DNA of 61,471 nt, filler included. It is 11 parts of 11 records of this genome, joined end to end, with 100 filler letters (N's around TTAATTAATTAA, not from the genome) between each part and the next. Parts side by side here need not be neighbours in the genome. Positions count along the whole stretch, not along the records: positions 47,023 to 57,444 come from SRR7504441_9287; positions 57,545 to 61,471 come from SRR7504441_9288; 9 more parts are not named here. One strand, written 5' to 3'. Below the pieces are notes generated by a model. The model was not told where the DNA came from. It saw only the letters and a program-made list of their open reading frames with translations, and made no database searches. Below are positions 48,093-59,540 of this stretch, piece after piece; positions within the stretch are counted from its first letter, which is position 1, and the number at the start of each line of letters is the position of its first letter. Position numbers and translations under genes: made by a program.

Positions 48093-50555
48093 ATGGCTCG
48101 AATCCCGAGCCGCTGCTGCAACCTGGCCTCGCGCACCGGGCCAGTGCTGGGCCGGCTGAGCCGGCTGGTGCTCGGGTCCGCGATGCTCCTGAGCGTCGCA
48201 AACGGGCTGTCCGCCACCTTTCCGTGCGGCGACGGGTGCACTGCCCGCGTGGAGCCCTGGTGCGCCGATTCGCTGCGCGTCCGCATGTACCGCGGCTCAA
48301 ACCCGCTGGACGCCGCAGGAGCCTTGCAGCCGACACCCGAGTGCGCCTCCACCGCGGGCACGAGTGTGCAAGTCTCCAGCCTGACGCATGGCGCCATCCG
48401 GGCCAGCTGGGCCGACGGGGCGCTCACGTTCGGCCGCTCGGACGGGGCTGTGCTGCTCCGTTCGGAGGGGCCGATCGAACGGGCATTCGAGCTCGGTCCA
48501 GCTGCGACACCGCCGCCTCCGCCGCCGCCCGGGCCTCCTCCGTTTGCGTGCCAGGATTCCTGCAGCCTGGGCACCACCGGCATCAAGCAAGGCGCGGACG
48601 CGCTGGATTGCGCTCCTGCGGGCAAGGTGCTCAACGTCTCTCGAGCCCAGTGCTGCGCGGCCTGTGGCGACACAAGCCGCTGCGTGGCGTGGGCCTGGGG
48701 GAACGACGCGGCAGATCAGGAGCACAAGCACAACTGCTACTTGTGCTCCGCGCTCTCCGGCACCAAACCGCGGCGTGACCGCGACTTTGGCTGCGTCGAG
48801 CGGGCAGAGGGCCGCGCTGTGCCACACCGGACCAACTTCACGTACCACCGCACGGCGGCCGCGTTCGGAAGCACTCCGGACGAAGTGATTGTGGGACTTG
48901 GGCAGCGCTCGTTTGTGGCGCCGGAGCACTGCTCCAGTGGCGACGGGTGCGGCCAGTGGAGGCTGAATCAGAAGGGGTTCGAATGGCCGTTGGGCATGAC
49001 CAAATACCAGATATCGGTACCGTTCTACGTCTCGAGCCGCCGGTACGGCTTCCTTTGGAACGCGCCGGGCACTGGAACAGTCACAGTCCAGAATCGGAGC
49101 ACACTGTGGAATTCGACGACGCAGCGCCAAATCGACTTCTGGATCACCGCGCCCTCGGGCAGGACAGACCCATTTGCGGCAATCATGGCGCGTTATGCCG
49201 ACGCGACCGGGCATGCTCCTCTGCTGCCTGCGCATGTGATGGGGTTTTGGCAATCTAAGATGCGTTACAGGACCTCTGACGAGCTGGCTGACGTGGCACA
49301 AGGGTTTGCTCAGCGCAAGATCCCACTGGACGTTCTAGTCATCGACTTTTACTCTTGGAGCAAGTTTGGCGACTTCCACTTTGACTATGCCTGCTGGCCC
49401 AACGCCAGCCAACTCGTACGACTGGTCAACGCTCTCGGGAACGGGACTCACATCCTGCACAGCACCTACCCTTGGGTCGACTCGAGCTCTGTTAACTACC
49501 AAGAGTTTGTATCAAAGCGGCTGCTTGCACTAGATGCCAAGACTGGGGAGCTAGCCAGAGTCTCGCCAGCGCCCGGTGGCGGTCTGCTGGACCCGTTCCT
49601 GCCCGCAGCCCGCTCTGCCGTGTGGGAGAAGGTGCGGGCGGGCTACTTCGACGCAGGTATACAGATGTTCTGGCTTGACGACACCGAGCCAAACGTCAAG
49701 ACCGCCGGCCTCGAGTTTGGGTGCGGGCTGGCAGAGCACTGCGGGGCGCTTTGGCCAAACCGTTGGGTGGAGACCTTCACGGAGGGTCTGCGCCGGAGTG
49801 GAGTGCAGTCGCCTGTGATCCTCTCACGCGCCGGCTGGGTAGGCTTTCAGGCGACTGGGGCCGTGCTGTGGAGCTCAGATATCCCGTCCTCTTTCGAGTC
49901 GCTCCGCATACAGGTGAGGGCCGGGCTGAGTGCAGCCATGAGTGGGATTCCGTGGTGGACGACCGACGTTGGCGGCTTTTTCGGTGCAGACATCACGTCG
50001 TCTAGTTTCAGAGAGCTGGTCGTGCGATGGTATCAGTACGGCGCACTGTGCCCGATCTTCCGCACCCATGGCAACAGGGCCAATACGATGGAGCCACTGC
50101 CCGCCTCCGGGCCGCGTTGGCACGAGGACGGGCAGTACTGCAGCAGCCCAGGGGGACACGCCTCAGGAGGCCATAACGAGCCATGGGCATTCGGAGAACA
50201 AGTCTACCCGCTGCTGCAAGCCATGATCGAGCTGCGGGAGTCGCTTCGGCCCTACATACAAAAGCTGGCAGTGAACGTCAGCCAGAGTGGTGCTCCGCCA
50301 ATGCGGCCGCTGTTTTTCGATTTTCCGGACGATGCTGCTGCTTGGAAGGTGGATGATCAATTCATGTTTGGCTCGGCCTTGCTGGTGGCCCCAGTTCTTG
50401 AAGAAGGAGCTCGCAACCGGACTGTGTACTTTCCCGCAGGCTGCGAGTGGGTGCATCACTTCACTGGCCAGAAGCATCAGGGCGGCACAGTGGCAACGGT
50501 CGATGCCCCGCTCGCTCACTTCCCCTTGTTTATGCGTGCTGGTGAGCGTTTGTAA
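48093..50555 (+). CDS. GH31 alpha-xylosidase-like glycosidase with an inserted PAN/Apple-like module, intronless
   Basis: YADATGHAP, GFWQSKMRY, WLDDTEP nucleophile, WSSDI acid/base, WTTDVGGF, RTHG, PPMRPLFFDF. Confidence 0.92.
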   Translation: MARIPSRCCNLASRTGPVLGRLSRLVLGSAMLLSVANGLSATFPCGDGCTARVEPWCADSLRVRMYRGSNPLDAAGALQPTPECASTAGTSVQVSSLTHGAIRASWADGALTFGRSDGAVLLRSEGPIERAFELGPAATPPPPPPPGPPPFACQDSCSLGTTGIKQGADALDCAPAGKVLNVSRAQCCAACGDTSRCVAWAWGNDAADQEHKHNCYLCSALSGTKPRRDRDFGCVERAEGRAVPHRTNFTYHRTAAAFGSTPDEVIVGLGQRSFVAPEHCSSGDGCGQWRLNQKGFEWPLGMTKYQISVPFYVSSRRYGFLWNAPGTGTVTVQNRSTLWNSTTQRQIDFWITAPSGRTDPFAAIMARYADATGHAPLLPAHVMGFWQSKMRYRTSDELADVAQGFAQRKIPLDVLVIDFYSWSKFGDFHFDYACWPNASQLVRLVNALGNGTHILHSTYPWVDSSSVNYQEFVSKRLLALDAKTGELARVSPAPGGGLLDPFLPAARSAVWEKVRAGYFDAGIQMFWLDDTEPNVKTAGLEFGCGLAEHCGALWPNRWVETFTEGLRRSGVQSPVILSRAGWVGFQATGAVLWSSDIPSSFESLRIQVRAGLSAAMSGIPWWTTDVGGFFGADITSSSFRELVVRWYQYGALCPIFRTHGNRANTMEPLPASGPRWHEDGQYCSSPGGHASGGHNEPWAFGEQVYPLLQAMIELRESLRPYIQKLAVNVSQSGAPPMRPLFFDFPDDAAAWKVDDQFMFGSALLVAPVLEEGARNRTVYFPAGCEWVHHFTGQKHQGGTVATVDAPLAHFPLFMRAGERL

Positions 50556-50711
50556 TTTAATAGGCAACAGTCTTGAAACAGCACGATGTTAAGTACATGT
50601 ACGATATCGATTGCACTCGTTATGCACTCGTATAAATTTCAATTGATTATTATTTTAGACCATGGAATCGGCTATCTTTTTTCTCAAAAGGCGCATGGCC
50701 GTTATACGGCT

Positions 50712-52600
50712 CTACTCGTACAAATCTAGCGCAGCGAGCACGGCCGTCGTCACTTGTTCAGGCTGCATCTCAGCCGTCACTTGCACCGCAAACGTGGAGC
50801 GCTCGTCCGCCCCCACCGGGTCGGACGGCTTGCTCGGGAGCTCCGTGTGGAATCTTAGCATCTCCTCAAAGCTCTCTCCTTGCCCGGGAATCCCGGGGTG
50901 CTGCTGCTTGAAATTGAGCATAAATTGCTCAACACTCATCCCCTGCTCTGCGGCCACCGCCTGCAGCCGCGCGTACTTGCGGTCTACCAGCAGCTGTTTG
51001 TCGGCCTGAAGCACCACCACTTCCATCTCTGGGCCTAGCCACGTCCTGGCGGATTCTCGCATTGCCCGAGTAACAGCCGCGTGGCTTACAACAAAGTGCT
51101 TGCCCACGCACTCGCCCCGTCGGTGGGCCGCCTCGCCCAACGCTTGCTCGTAGAACCGCTCCCACGAGCCAGGCTCCACGGGCAACCCTTGAAGCCACGG
51201 CAAAAACAGCCCCTGGGCAAGCTCTTCGAACAGGCGTTTCCTGCCCGGATCCACGCGCAGCTGCTCTTGTTCGTTCGGGAGCCGGCCGCTGTCAGCTATT
51301 GGGTCCAGCGAGCTCTGCCAGGCGTCCACGCAGAAGTGGACCCAGCCTCGGGCCTTGAGCTGGTCCGCCACAGTCGTCTTACCCACCCCAGCCGTACCCA
51401 CAAGAAATACAAACCGGCCCCGCCCATGTACTGCCTCATGGACCAGCCGACTGTACGCTCGCGCCTCGGCGGCCAAGCTATGCTTCTGCTCGAACAACAC
51501 ACGGGCCGCGCTCACGAGTCGATCCCTCAGCGCTTTCGAGTCCAGCAGCCTCCCGGCTTGGGCTGCCATCTCCTCTGGTGTGTCAAACAGGAGCGCCGTG
51601 ATGTTGTGCTCCAGAATGGCCGTATTGCCCGGTATGCGGCGAGCGAGCAAAGGGACCCCGATCTGCATCGCCTCGAGCAGCGCATTCGAGGCGCCCTCGC
51701 TCACCGAGCTGTTGAGCATAATATCCGCCTGGCGCATTACACCAACCAGCTCCGCCTGCGGCACCGGCGGCATATAGTGCACAGCGCCACCCGATCGGCT
51801 GACTGCTGCCATGAACTGATCCGAGTACCCGTCGTCACTCCGAGTCGGTCCCAGCACCACCAACACACTCCCCGGGTGCGTCCGCCGCAGCGCCTTCATC
51901 GCCGCCACCGCGCACATGGGATCCTTAACTCTGCGGACTCCCGCCACGAGCAACAGCACCGACGCCCCGCCCGCCAGCCCCAGAGCCGCCCGCAGCCCAA
52001 CCCCCTGCCACCCGCGCTCGCCTCGCCTTCTACACAAGGCCGGTCACCTCCACCGCTTCCGGCAGCTCGACCGACGGCGGCACGATCCTCACCCTCCCGG
52101 CCATCTCCGGCCATTTCTGCCCGGCACTCGCACCGGCCAGCGCGTCCGGCACACCGCCTTGGCCTTGTCGGCCAGCTCGCTGTTGAACGCCACTGTGACA
52201 GTTGCCCGCCCGACCGACCGTCGCATCAGCCGCTCCTCCTCGGGGCTCCAAGCCTCGTTGGCGTCGGTGCCTGCCCTCCGCTCCGCCGGGGCCCCGGCCA
52301 CACCGCACCGCCCAGGACCAGGATGGCGGGCGTGCCGTCCGCCGGCAGGTGCACTCCGGAGCGCAGCGCGTGGAAGGCCAGCACCAGCTCGGCCGGCGGC
52401 GGCCCGGACGGCGGGAGCGCGCACGGGTCGACCAGCTGCACCCGCCAGCCGCTCCGCTCCAGATGCCGGGCTATCCGCTGGGCGGTCACTTGGTTGCCCC
52501 AGCCCCGGGCCAGCGGCGAGAGCACCAGCGCTCGGCCGGGCGGCCGGGAGGACTCCAGCCGGTCCAGACGGCAGTGGAGCGCCCGGATGCAGGGGTCCAT
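50712..52600 (-). CDS. GLT1D1-like GT4 glycosyltransferase fused to a C-terminal P-loop kinase-like domain
   Basis: GNQVTAQRI, HALRSG, GG|TDANE, RRVKDP, NSSVSEG..ALLEAM, RRIPGN; then FLVGTAGVGKTT in the same ORF. Confidence 0.82.
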
Positions 52601-52710
52601 GAGGCGACCGGACTGCGGATGTCTGGCCTCCTTCCGTTGAGTATAATAACCGAACCCAACCGCCAAAGCGAGCTCACGGGAGGAGGAGCCCGGCGAGGGG
52701 AAAGGCCGGG

Positions 52711-55700
52711 ATGGCAGATCCGCCGACCGGGGACCCGCACACGGCGGTGGCCCTGGCGCTTTCGACCCTCCAAGTTGCGTGCCCGCACTCGGACGGCCTG
52801 CCCGAAGCCTGCGCCAAAGCCTTGTCCAGCGTGCAGGCCCGGCGGGTCAACGAGGGGGCGGTGCTCCGAGCCCCTTTCGAGCGAACGCTCGCGCTGGCCG
52901 CGGCGGCTGGGCAGGAGATCTCAGCGAGCGCGGCGGTCAAGGAGGCGTTGGAGTGCCTGGCCGGACTAGTGCGGGGCGGGGGGCTCGGGCTGCTGGTGGG
53001 GGGCGATATCCGATTGGCCCGCGCGCTAATCGCCCGGGCCTGCGGCTGCTTCGAGCCCGAGGAGGAGCCGGCCACCGGGCAGGCCTTGATCGAGCTTGCC
53101 ACCGCGGTCGAGCTCAGCTGGCCGGAGGTCATCTCGGGGGAGGCGGTCCCTGCAGCCATCCGGATGCTCTGCCTAGTCCACGCGAGGAGCTCCGACTTGT
53201 CCACCTGTGCCGCCGCCTGGGGCCTGGCGGTTAGCGCGGTCAAGCGGTTCTATCGGACGCAGGCCCGCCCCTCGCTGGACGCTACGGTGCTCGCCCTCTG
53301 CCAGATCGGGGCTGCGCCGACCCCGACCTGTGCCCTTCACGGATCCGCGAGCGTCCAGCGGGCGGCTGTGGCCATCCAGCTCCTCCGGCACATCTTCACC
53401 GGACCGGCCAGTAACGAGCCGGTTTACTCGGCCGATCGCCCGCTGCCGCGGCCGCTCTGTGAAGGGGTGGGGGCGGTGGTGCTGCAGCATTGTGTGTCAG
53501 TTGTGCCAGACTTGCAGGAAATCACGCTCGGTCTCGTGGAGGCGCTGTGCATCCACTGCGCGGCCGAGCTGAGCGGGCCGCTGGCGGGGGTGCTGATGGT
53601 GGCGTACCCCGAGTTGCTCCGGCACTCGATGGTGCCAACTGAGAACAACGACGTGATGCCTAACAAGACTCAGATCCTTGACGCCTTATCGCGGGTGTTC
53701 CGGCGGCCCCGGGTGCTGAGCAGCCTGTACGCCGCGCTGGGCGATGAGATGATTGACGCACTGTTCGGCACTGTGGCTGCGCTTGCCAGCACGGGCAGCG
53801 ACCCAACCATTCAGCTGATAGCTCTCGCTGTGGCTGAAGCGGGGCTGACCGGCTGCCTTACGGTGCGCCCAGTCCCCGGGGGCGAGCTGAGGCGGGACAG
53901 GTGCATCGGCAGGACGCGATCCCGACTCCGCACGAGCACCTGGACATGGACGTCTACCTCTCGATTGTGGCCCGAGCCGAGGGGGGGGGGGCTCCCGTCG
54001 CCACTCACTCCGATCCCGGCTTCGATCCTGGGCAAGGAAAGCAGCGACTACTGGTTTTGCTTTGCGCCCAAAGTGGCCCCGTTTGAGCCGACGCATCTGG
54101 CCGCTTTCGGGCAGAAGTCGCTGTATGACATCTCGCAGAAAGCCAACCAGTTTGCAGGGCAGTTCAGGACTAGGGCAGTTCAGACGACAGGCAAGACGGG
54201 GCTGGAGGGCAAGGGGCGGGTGGACCGGGACGGGTTTAGGTCGTCGGCAGGGTTTGACATGGCTGTGTTTGAGAAATATGATAAGGATAAGGACGGGACG
54301 CTTGACAGTGACGAGCTTGAGGCGATGGCGGCGGCAAAGCACTCAGAGGAGCTGATGATGTGTGCGATGCGAACTCTCACGGGGCACGTGGTGGCTGTGC
54401 TGAAGCCAGTGCTGCCCCGGGTGGTGATCCGCAGCCTCAAGCTTTACGCTTCAGCAATCAACGCGTCAGGGTTCTGCCGGAACGCTGAACTAATGCAATC
54501 GATCCGAGACCAGCTCACGAGTGCGGCGCCTCTCAACTTCCCCAACCCTCACGCCGAGGAGTTGTACAACTTTCTGCTCGATCGCTCCTCACTGCACGCC
54601 CGGAAGATTGTTCTGCAGCATAAGATGCGCTCCACTGCGCTGTTCATGGCAAGCCAGCACTGCTCGACTGGGTATGTTATCAAGGCCGCACAAGCCAGTT
54701 CGACAGTCTGGCTGCATGCAGCGTATGGCCGGCTGTTGATTCGGCTGGAGGCCGAGTCCAAGCACCTGCCGCGTGAGATGGACTCGCTCCGTGACCGGAT
54801 GCACGACTTGGAGCAGGAGGAGCATTACGCAGCGGTCCAGAGGATCGTGGACGGACTTCAGGCTCTGCAGACGCTCCAGGTGCAGGACTTGAATGCGCTG
54901 CTGGCCAGCACATCGAAAGCGGTGACCGGCTGCGATGGGCGGGCTGACGGGGTGCAGATTGTGTCGTTACTCAACATGGTGCTGCGAATCTTGCCAGACT
55001 TCACGCCGACGACGCTACCACCCACCCGCTCCGCGAGAGCAGCGCTTGCTGCTCCACTGCTCCAAGCACTCAAACATTACGAGCTCCCAGCCACAGTCAA
55101 GTCGCCTGCCCGCTCGTCGCCACTCCCACCTCGGACCAAGAAAAGCCCAGCCTCAGTGGCAAGCTCCGAGAGGCCGGCAGTAGTCGAGCGGTCACGAGTC
55201 GGCCGGTGGTCGGCAAAAGACTCCATCGCGAAGCTCAAGAGGTGCCCGGCCCGGGTAAGCTGGCTGAGAGCAGTGCTTGTGCAGTCCTGGGCCCCAGAAC
55301 GGTACAGCAAGCAGCCCTTCCCTCCAGGGTGGGTTCTTCAGCTCCAGCAGTGCCAGTGTCAGAGTGGAGAAGGAGTCCAACGCGCCCAAGGAACCCAAGA
55401 GCTCACCAGCTCGCTGGTCGGCCAAAGATTCAATTGCCAAAATGTCCGGGTGCGCAGCCCGCTTGGCAGGCCGCTGAATAGCTGACAGGAAATCGACCCC
55501 AGCAAAAGCCTCGCCCCGACGAGCTAGCCCCTCATCAGACCAGCCTGGCTTCTTCCAATCTGGAGCCGCGCACGCAGAGGGCAAGAGCACTCCACGAGTT
55601 GGGTCGCCTGGTAGAGAGAAAGTCACACTTGGGCGCAAGGAGGAACAAGCGCTGGATAAGCACCGAGCGTCCAGAAGCCCTCGCCCGGCCTCTCCCGCCA

Positions 55701-56214
55701 CCCCGAGCCGGGCTCCTCCTCCCAAGACCGTTCCAGACGGGCCGGAGCCGGCAGCCAAGCCTCTCACATTGGAGCAAATCCGAGACACGCTCGACTCGGG
55801 CACCAGGTCGCCTCGGTCGAAGTCGCCAGTGAGCCCGAGCACCGTGGCCGCAGCCGAGGTCGTGTGCGACTGGGTGTCAGCCGTTCACGACTATAGTGCC
55901 ACTGCCCCCAAAGTGCCCGGATTCTGGCAGCTCTTGTGTGCGGTAGGTTCCCTTTTGGCGGCCGGCTCACGTGCGGGCAGGTGCGAGAGCAGGGGAGAAT
56001 CAAGAAGCGCGTGCAGCAGTGCATCCAACGCAAGATGCTGTTGGATCGAGTTGTGCCGCCGATCAAGCAACGGTTCGAGCGGGGCAGATCGGAGCATGGG
56101 CTGGAGGAGCTCGAGTATTTCAGGGAACTTCACTTGGATCATATGCGCCCAGCCACCGCCCCCAGGAGGGAGGCGCTCAAGGCATTGCAAACTCTGCGCC
56201 ACGCGTATAATTAG
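52711..56214 (+). CDS. Large helical protein, possibly Sec7/MON2 N-terminal-like, with an EF-hand and Ser/Pro-rich tail
   Basis: Long ORF plus exons; FEKYDKDKDGTLDSDEL EF-hand; duplicated RWSAKDSIAK; family assignment weak. Confidence 0.55.
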
Positions 56215-56421
56215 CGCTAGAGTTTGGAGTCGGCCACATGATCCAAATGACGTTTTTTCAAGTATTCGATTGTTGCTCTCGCATTAAAATAAATCAAGAA
56301 TAAGATGTAAAAGTACTATGCCGTAAAAATACGTACATGTACGTACGTACACGCGTGTATACTGCATTTTACGGATCTGCACTCACCTACGAAATCGTCG
56401 CCTGAAGAGACCGTCGCGTCG

Positions 56422-57011
56422 ATGGCCGTTGGAGTCTGCATCATGTGGGCACGATCGATTGTGAGGGTCTGCTGCTCTGCCGGCCGCGTGCCGCCGTTGC
56501 GCGTGGTTTCTGCGGCCACACGGCCGGCGCTCACTGCTCCGGCCGCACGCCGGTGGCTCCACGCTTCGCGCCCGCGCTTGAACGAGGCCTGGTTGGCCGA
56601 GAAGGCGGCCGAAGAGGGAACGGTGACACTGGAGAGCGGTCTCATGTACAAGGTGCCGTCTGACCCGGCCGTTGTAATGGCAGGGAGCCGTGCGTTGAAC
56701 TGGCTCTCCAGGTGCTCAAGGCGGGCAACGGAAGCTCCCCGCAACTCAACTCGCCATGCGTCTGCCACTACACCGGCAGACTGACCGACGGCACCGTGTT
56801 CGACTCGTCTGTGGAGCGCGGCGAACCGGCGACGTTTGCCCCGAATCAAGTGATTGCAGGCTGGACCGAGGCACTCCAGATGATGAAGGAGGGAGACAAG
56901 TTGGAGCTTTATATCCCGAGCCAGCTGGCTTATGGCTCGAGAGGGGCTGGCGGAGTGATCCCGCCCGACGCGGCGCTATGCTTCGAGATCGAGCTTATCC
57001 AAGTCAAGTGA
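56422..57011 (+). CDS. FKBP-type peptidyl-prolyl isomerase (Mip/FkpA-like) with probable mitochondrial presequence
   Basis: LESGLMYK|VLKAG, HYTGRLTDGTVFDSS, VIAGWTEALQMM, LAYG; intron 56653-56711; start 56422 or 56443. Confidence 0.92.
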
Positions 57012-57157
57012 CGCAGGCTGCTCTTTAGTACTAAACTATGGCTAGTATGAATTCGTACGGAGTAAATTCACACACTTGACGAAATTAACTACGTAGCTCT
57101 AGATTTTAAATATTTGATCAAAAGCTCACGTTGGGAGGTTTAATTAATTACAAGTAT

Positions 57158-57444
57158 TTACTTCACAAATATCGACTCGATTGAATCATTGGCGTCATCC
57201 TCGATGTTTATGGAACTAGGGCCGTCCTCAGGCTCGCCTCGGGATTCTCGCGTGGTGACAAAGTGCTGCATCTGCTTCCGGAGCTGATTTCTCTCATCTG
57301 CAGTCTTCTCGAGTTGACGTGTCATGAACACTTCTTGAGCACTCATTTCCTTTATCTTTAACTCCAGCTCCTCAATCGACTTTCCACCAGTATTCACCAG
57401 TGAAGTCTTTGCTCCATTCAATTGCTGCGCGAGCAGAGCTACAT
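57158..57444 (-). CDS. 3' end of a coiled-coil protein
   Basis: Frame open from the contig edge with heptad-like composition. Confidence 0.45.
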
Positions 57445-57544
57445 NNNNNNNNNNNNNNNNNNNNNNNNNNNNNNNNNNNNNNNNNNNNTTAATTAATTAA
57501 NNNNNNNNNNNNNNNNNNNNNNNNNNNNNNNNNNNNNNNNNNNN

Positions 57545-59396
57545 GCTCTTCCGGACTCACCCAGCGCACCAACCCAAACAGCGGCCCGCTGAGCCGGCCG
57601 GCTGGTGCTGCGCCGGTCCGTTGCTGCAGGACCCGTCCAGCGGGGCGCTCCCGCTGCCTCGATTCCGGGGGGAGGCCGCCCCGCCGGTGGTGCCTAGCAG
57701 GCCCGGGCTGCTGCTGTGGCTGCTGCTGCTGTGGGATGTGGTTGTGGATTTAGTCGGCGCGAGCGTGATGCTGGCCGCCCCGCCGGACGGGGAGGCGTAC
57801 TCGTGCGCGTTCTGCGCCAATGCGTTGAACCAGCTGCTGTATTTTGTGCTGTTCCCGGCCACTGTCTGGCACACAATGTACCTAGACACGGAGTACTGGC
57901 GCCAGATTACGGACGCTTTGCTGTCTTCCAAAGCGGCTCAGGCCAGAGTCCCGCACGACCTCGCGTCGCTCCACGACTGCCTCGTCTCGAGGGAACAGTT
58001 CTGCATCACCGACGAGGTGCCGGCCGCAGCACCCAGAGCTCACTGGGGCAGGTGGTCGGGGCCGGGGCGGAGACCGGCCCGATATATAGCGCTACTTGGG
58101 GCAGCGCCATGCACCCCTGTGTGGTCAAAACCTGGACAACCGACGATCTGGACGCCGATGCCGACGACTCGCGGGTGCCGGGGCCCTGTGCGCTCGGTTG
58201 GTGATGGCTCGTGTGTGGCAGGAGCGGTCGTCCCAATGGGAGAAGGCCGTTAGTGAGGCGGCGATGCTGTTGCTTGCGCAAGGCCCGAATGTTGTCAAGA
58301 TGCACGGGCTGTGCGTGGACCCTCCGAGCCTGGTCTTGCTGATGGAGCGCGCCCGGTGTGACTTGCATCAACTGATCTTGGACCCTACACGGTATCTGCC
58401 GGAGCTGAGTGACGAGCAGCTGCCTCTGATCGCGCGGATTGCGATTTTAATACAAGTGGCTCAGGGGATGCAGGCACTATCGGGGGTCGGAGGCCGGCTG
58501 ATGGGGTGCAGCGTCTGCATGAGCTCGGGCTGCTCCATCGCGATCTCAAGGCCCAGAATATCCTGATGAGCTACGACTTGGTGAGTACAGTACAGTACAG
58601 TACAGTACACAGTACAGTATATAGTATAGCATAGTATAGTATAGTCTAGTATAGCATAGTGTATAGTATAGCCTGATGAGCTACGACTTGGTGATCTCGC
58701 TCTGCTAGCTCTGTCCAACCTGCTGTCAGGTCCCGCTGATCGGAGACTTCGGAATGGCTCGAATGGTCCCGAGCTCGGCAGCAGAATTCGAGAGTGAGAC
58801 CTTGGTATCTTCTGGCGGCTCAGCAGGCACCTGCAGGTGGTCGGCTGACAATGGGTGTGGGGACCGGGTACATTCGAGCGCCTGAGGTTCTCTCCCTCAC
58901 GATCCTGCATCACATTGTCTCTGTGCAGGTCGATTCCGGGGTGTACGGAAAGTCGGCTGACGTGTTTGCGTTCGGGTTTTTGGTCTGGATGAGTGTGGCC
59001 TCAGCAGACTTGCCGATGCCAGGGACCAGCCCTGTGGGCAGTTTCGACGATTTTAATCGACTCGAGCCAAAGAGGTTCCTCCCAACTGGGCACGAATCCC
59101 CCAAAACGCCCCAGCCCACTTGCATGATTCCAAGCGAGGTGAATCACGCAATGCGGTGTGGCGGCGGTCGAAACTAAGCACTTTTGCAGGTGATTAGCGA
59201 AGGCTGCCCCGAGCGGGTGGTCTCGATTATGTGCTCCTGCTGGAATGACGCACCGAACCGCCCGACATTTGAGTGCATCTCAACTGAGCTTCCGTTGGCG
59301 ACGCCTCAAATCCCGGTTTTGCCACACGAGTTGGGGTTGATCAAGTGTGTGGCTCCGAATTTAATTCGACGTATTCCGAGTTATCATCAACCGTGA
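57545..59396 (+). CDS. Membrane-anchored tyrosine-kinase-like kinase (GPCR-TKL-like), 5' truncated
   Basis: Two TM helices ending YLDTEYWR; PNVVKMHGLCVDPPSLVLLME, HRDLKAQNIL, GDFG, APE, ADVFAFG, CW..RPTF. Confidence 0.8.
58562..58694 (+). repeat. 23-bp direct repeats flanking an 87-bp (CAGTA)n/(TATAG)n microsatellite
   Basis: CCTGATGAGCTACGACTTGGTGA at 58562-58584 and 58672-58694. Confidence 0.92.
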
Positions 59397-59540
59397 TAGC
59401 TGAGTCGGCGGGAGTGTCCGACTCGATTAATTAAAGGAATTACGCACCTACGTGTGATTTCTATTAATCCATTGGTACAATAGAATGGCTATTGGCACTA
59501 GATTGAGTAGAATATTAATGGCGCTAGGATTGTATTAATG

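Noticed and set aside
58562-58694. CRISPR-like repeat-spacer-repeat
   Set aside because: Only two repeats, derived from kinase exon sequence, with a microsatellite spacer in a eukaryotic gene
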